A stretch of DNA of 62,924 bases, counting the filler, from Rhabdomonas costata (Eukaryota): assembly GCA_019059605.1 (NCBI GenBank). It is 17 parts of 17 records of this genome, joined end to end, with 100 filler letters (N's around TTAATTAATTAA, not from the genome) between each part and the next. Parts side by side here need not be neighbours in the genome. Positions count along the whole stretch, not along the records: positions 55,602 to 59,202 come from JAHMHO010000682.1; positions 59,303 to 62,924 come from JAHMHO010000683.1; 15 more parts are not named here. One strand, 5' to 3'. The notes beneath the pieces were generated by a model. That model ran no database searches. It worked only from the letters and a program-made list of their open reading frames with translations, and was not told the origin of the DNA. Position numbers and translations under genes: made by a program. Of the stretch, positions 58,941 to 62,924 are shown piece after piece; the first letter of the stretch is position 1, and every line of letters starts with the position of its first letter.

Positions 58941-59358
58941 CTCCACCCCCTTGGATTCTGTATGCTGTGGACTGGTTTTGTGTTGCATGGGAGTAGATTT
59001 GATTTAGTTTTGGAGGTATTGGAGCTGTTCCAGAGTTGTGTTGGAACAATTCGCGACTTGAAGAACTCCTGGGTATTTCAGGACGGCTATTAAGGAAGTC
59101 TCTGTGCTCTGGTGGGGCCTCTGCCTCATGGTGAATCGCAAAGTGGTCTTCAGAGACTCTGTCTTATCTCTGTTCTGCGGGACGCGGAGACTCAGCTGGT
59201 GCNNNNNNNNNNNNNNNNNNNNNNNNNNNNNNNNNNNNNNNNNNNNTTAATTAATTAANNNNNNNNNNNNNNNNNNNNNNNNNNNNNNNNNNNNNNNNNN
59301 NNTTTTGTTGTTTTTCAGGTGACTTTCACGTACACCTTCACCTTGGCGTACGTGTACC

Positions 59359-62300
59359 CCAAGGTGAAGGTGTACGTGAAAGTCACCTGAAAAACAGCAA
59401 AATAAAACATCATAGGAATATACTGGCTTCAGCGACAGGGAGATATCCGCTGAGCCATAGGAACCACAAGTAGTAAATCATGCCATCCGTTGGCAGGTGC
59501 TTCTTTTGGTTTTCCGGATGCATTTTCAGCACAGAGCGCGAGAACCGGCACCTGCACAACACTCCACTGCTGCACGGTAAGGTTGATGAGCGAGGCTCCG
59601 GCATCCTTGAGGGCGACCCCGAGCAGGTAGTACTGCGGGATGGGCACGGATGAGTTGAAAAAGTTCACCCCGTTGTGGGCCCACATCATCATTCCCGTGT
59701 CAAAGGAGTAGGAGAGCTGCAGCAGGTCAGTGTTAGCAGGGTCGTAGGGGCTGATCGCAACGATAACACCGCTAGCGAAGGCACAGACCTGTGGCCAGAG
59801 CGCCCAGCCCTAAAACCCGCGAGACCAGGAGTACCAAAACGCCACTGGGCTCTGAGCCTTTAGCCACTGTCTCCAAACATTCACATTCAAAACACAGCGG
59901 TTTGGGGTCGTTTGCCATGGATGCAGCAAACGCAGACTCAGCGAAAAGCCAGAAGCATAATCAGAATGTCTGTCAAATCTGGAAGTCATCCCAACGGGAA
60001 CATTATTTCGGAGGATCATAAAATGGCCAAGTGCCGGGACTCAGTAACTCCGCCAGAGGGCACTTTGCTAAACACCCACTTTATCACATTAGCATTCGAA
60101 GCACGTGTCCTTCAGGTGTTGGGGGCGATGGCATCCCCTTCTGTAGGGTTGCACTAAACTTTGAACTTTGGAACTATTTGTCGGATTGAGCTTTGCCGTG
60201 TCCAGAATTGAACTCTGAACTGCGAGATTGATTTGAATTGAATTGAGATAATTGAGCTCTTTGTTCAAAGTTGAACTCTGGTGTACTTGAATTCCTCTCT
60301 GAATCATTCTGAGGGGTATTCCAGCAGAATCTATCCCTCCTCCTCCACGGGCTGATTCCTGATTGTCGGAAAATGGGAAATGGGAAGGAAGGGGGGGCGG
60401 ACCACTTACTTTGGCTCAAATCGCCACGAATCTGACAAATGGAACTGTCATTTATTTTGGGTGACAAGGCCAGCCGTCCGGGCGGTACGAATCACCCCAN
60501 NNNNNNNNNNNNNNNNNNNNNNNNNNNNNNNNNNNNNNNNNNNNNNNNNNNNNNNNNNNNNNNNNNNNNNNNNNNNNNNNNNNNNNNNNNNNNNNNNNNN
60601 NNNNNNNNNNNNNNNNNNNNNNNNNNNNNNNNNNNNNNNNNNNNNNNNNNNNNNNNNNNNNNNNNNNNNNNNNNNNNNNNNNNNNNNNNNNNNNNNNNNN
60701 NNNNNNNNNNNNNNNNNNNNNNNNNNNNNNNNNNNNNNNNNNNNNNNNNNACTGAGCATTGTTGTATCTCAGTGAATAATACGCACGTTCACGGGCCCTA
60801 TCTCCTATGAATAACTTCATAGTCAGCTCAAAGTCAACAGAGCGAGGCTTTGAATTTACGGATACACATGACGACCTTCCTACCGCACCAACCACACGAC
60901 ATAGCAAACCAAGGTGAAGGCATACACAGATACACAGGGAAGACCTTGGAAACAAACTGAGAAGCATGGGGTGTGTGCAAGCAAACTCGTACCATGCTGT
61001 TGGTGGCATTCACGGCGCGGTTCACGCCAATGCTGAACTCCAGCAGCTGCGGGGAGGACGTCGAGTAGTTCTGGGTGAACCCGAACTGCAGGCTGCGGTT
61101 GAACCACACGATGCGGGCCTTCACGGTGTCCACTATACCCCCAAACACGGCCCACGCGTCGAAGGCTGAGCCGGAGCCTAGCGTGTTGTTGATTGTGCCC
61201 AGGCTGGAGTTCACCACCACGTTGGTGGAGGCGAAAACCACGGGCGCAGAAAAGAACCTTCGCCCTGTGCAGGACAGATAAACAGGAGTTCCTCGGTGAA
61301 CGCGCGCGCGGCGTGTACGCGTGTGTGTGTGTGTGTGTGGAACTCCACTTGATCTGCGCTTGGCAGTTCACCATGTCCGAGACATCAGGCTTCTTGCTAT
61401 CATGCACGCCCGGCGGCTTGACAGTTCGAGAGGAAGAGAGAAGTCATGCGAACGTTTATTCAGCTTGCTCGCAGGTATCCCACTGGGGTACATCCCTGCG
61501 ATGCTGCAGAGGACCACAGAACAGTGAGCACTCAGAACAGGAAAAGCGGGTGCTCACGTCGCGCCCACTCTGCGCTTACAACGCTGCAGTGGTCGCTCAA
61601 CGAAGAAAACACCTGGGCCCAAGGGAAAGTTTGTGCTCCTGCTGCGCATTACCCCCCAGGAGGAGGCCGGGTAGGCCCCCATGATACTGAACGTGGCCGG
61701 GGCCTGCACGAACACCGCATAGTCCACGGAGGTATCCAGGCCCACCCCGGAGAAGGTGAAGTTCAAGAGCTGCCCGGCGCAGCCCCCGAAGGGGGGCTCC
61801 ACGGTGTAGCCCTGGGAGGGCCCTGCGACTACCACGGGGGTCAGCAGGGAAACCCAGCTAAATCCGGCCACCATGTAGCACACGAAGAACACCCCCGCTT
61901 GAAAAAATGCAAGCAAACGAGTGTGAATGTCAAGCACATTGCGCGCTGGCTAAGGTGGAGCTGAACGCTCGCTCTTCTGGGGATCCCCTGCTGTGCTGGT
62001 GTGCTGCGCGAGTGCCTGGAGTTGGCTGACAGGTATGACGCGTATGTTTGTTGATGGCCTGGGGTGCTCAAATCTCTCTCACAGTGGGACCACGGGGAAA
62101 CGAGGAAGCTCTCCGCAACCGTAAAACACTGAGAGTCAGGGAGCCTTCCCCGTGGCCAGTTACCGCAATATACTGGGCTTGCTTTGGCTTGGTGTCGGTT
62201 GCGCTACCACCGCTGTTGATTTGATGCAGCCGCACGATAGTCATGTGTTCTTTTTTCAGTCTCCATGCAAATACGCAGTCTTGGGCAACTGTTTGTTGGA

Positions 62301-62924
62301 CGCATAGTGCGCCGCCCGTTGCCTGATTGACTGTTGTTTGTTTGTATTTGGTTGGTTGGTTGGTTGGTTGGTTGGTTGGTTGGTTGGTTGGTTGGTTGGT
62401 CGGTTGGACTGCTATCCAATGAAGGGCGCACGCAATGCCACACGGGTGCTCGCGAGAGGTGCCGTGAGAGCGAACGGCACTGTGGGGGTACGGGTTAACG
62501 CCGTATATTCCACGTGCGGTCACCTCCCTGCTGCCCCATGCGTCCTGGGCGTTTGTCGCTCAGCTGCTTTTTCTACCGACAACACGCGCTGCTCCAGTGG
62601 TGCTCAGGTTTTTTTGGGGGTCACTCCTCTTCCTCTGTGTATCATAAGACGCCGATTTCACCCATCTCACCACACTAAATGCAAGTGGTATCCGACAATG
62701 ACCGTCAGCAGCCCACGAACCACCAGCGTCCAATCGTGACCATGACAACACCACGCCGAAGGCAAAATCAGTCTCCTAGCAAGAAAAACAAAGCACCACC
62801 CAGAACCGCGGACGCACCCCCCACCCCACAACGGGGAGCAATTTTCTGCCTAAAACCTTGGATGATTGTTGTGTTAAAGCTCAGCAGAGTGCTGTTCCCG
62901 ACGGTGGAGATGGGGATGTCGACC
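59359..62924 (-). CDS. Large beta-rich, probably extracellular glycoprotein, internal exons
   Basis: Exons, most with canonical AG/GT ends: ~62924-62858 (VDIPISTVGNSTLLSFNTTIIQ), 61897-~61680 (FVCYMVAG..VAGPSQ..LNFTFSGVGLD), 61264-60993, 59750-59552, ~59387-59359. There are many N-x-S/T sequons, and no family was recognised. Confidence 0.6.
62348..62407. repeat. (GGTT)n microsatellite
   Basis: Read directly; adjacent to dispersed repeat copy 2. Confidence 0.95.
62438..62485. repeat. Dispersed structured repeat, copy 2
   Basis: Shares the 25-bp core and the GTGCCGT..ACGGCAC hairpin with 4107-4152. Confidence 0.8.

Noticed and set aside
58950-59202. GIY-YIG endonuclease of the Penelope-like element
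   Set aside because: No convincing GIY/YIG or HNH motif is readable in any frame.
3614-59302. Regularly spaced TTAATTAATTAA repeat (CRISPR- or array-like)
   Set aside because: It is always embedded in 44+44 N and provides stops in six frames, so it is an assembly concatenation linker.
59303-59402. 44-bp-arm hairpin as a terminator, MITE or ncRNA
   Set aside because: It sits at the contig start, copies an intron/exon junction, and its single mismatch fits a G/T primer. It is a fold-back artefact, as is 44500-44628.

Overview
This window is not one locus. It is 17 unrelated contigs of about 3.6 kb joined by 16 artificial 100-bp linkers (N44-TTAATTAATTAA-N44), so adjacency across linkers means nothing. 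The DNA is intron-rich eukaryotic nuclear sequence, most likely from a euglenid; this is inferred from an articulin-type VPV-repeat gene and a Euglenozoa-like ARF1 motif (FTMWDVGG). G/T-only contig starts, A/C-only contig ends and terminal fold-backs point to whole-genome-amplified material. Hand-spliced gene fragments include a multi-CCHC/RRM protein, VPS13, a FixL-like PAS histidine kinase, a GT-A-like protein, an NXPE/PC-esterase-like protein, a papain-family protease, an intronless RNF213-like AAA+ ATPase, an SD-scarf-domain protein, articulin, ARF1, a BAF60/SWIB-like protein, a receiver domain, an ABCC transporter, PDAT and a large surface protein. Mobile elements are two Merlin (IS1595-like) transposases, both intronic and antisense and one apparently with its own spliceosomal intron, a CRE-clade RLE retrotransposon remnant, a Naiad/Chlamys-type Penelope-like remnant and a short structured dispersed repeat. 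The best leads are the FixL-type heme-PAS kinase, the RNF213-like ATPase, and the intron-bearing Merlin inside ARF1. All family calls come from motif recognition by eye; no searches were run.
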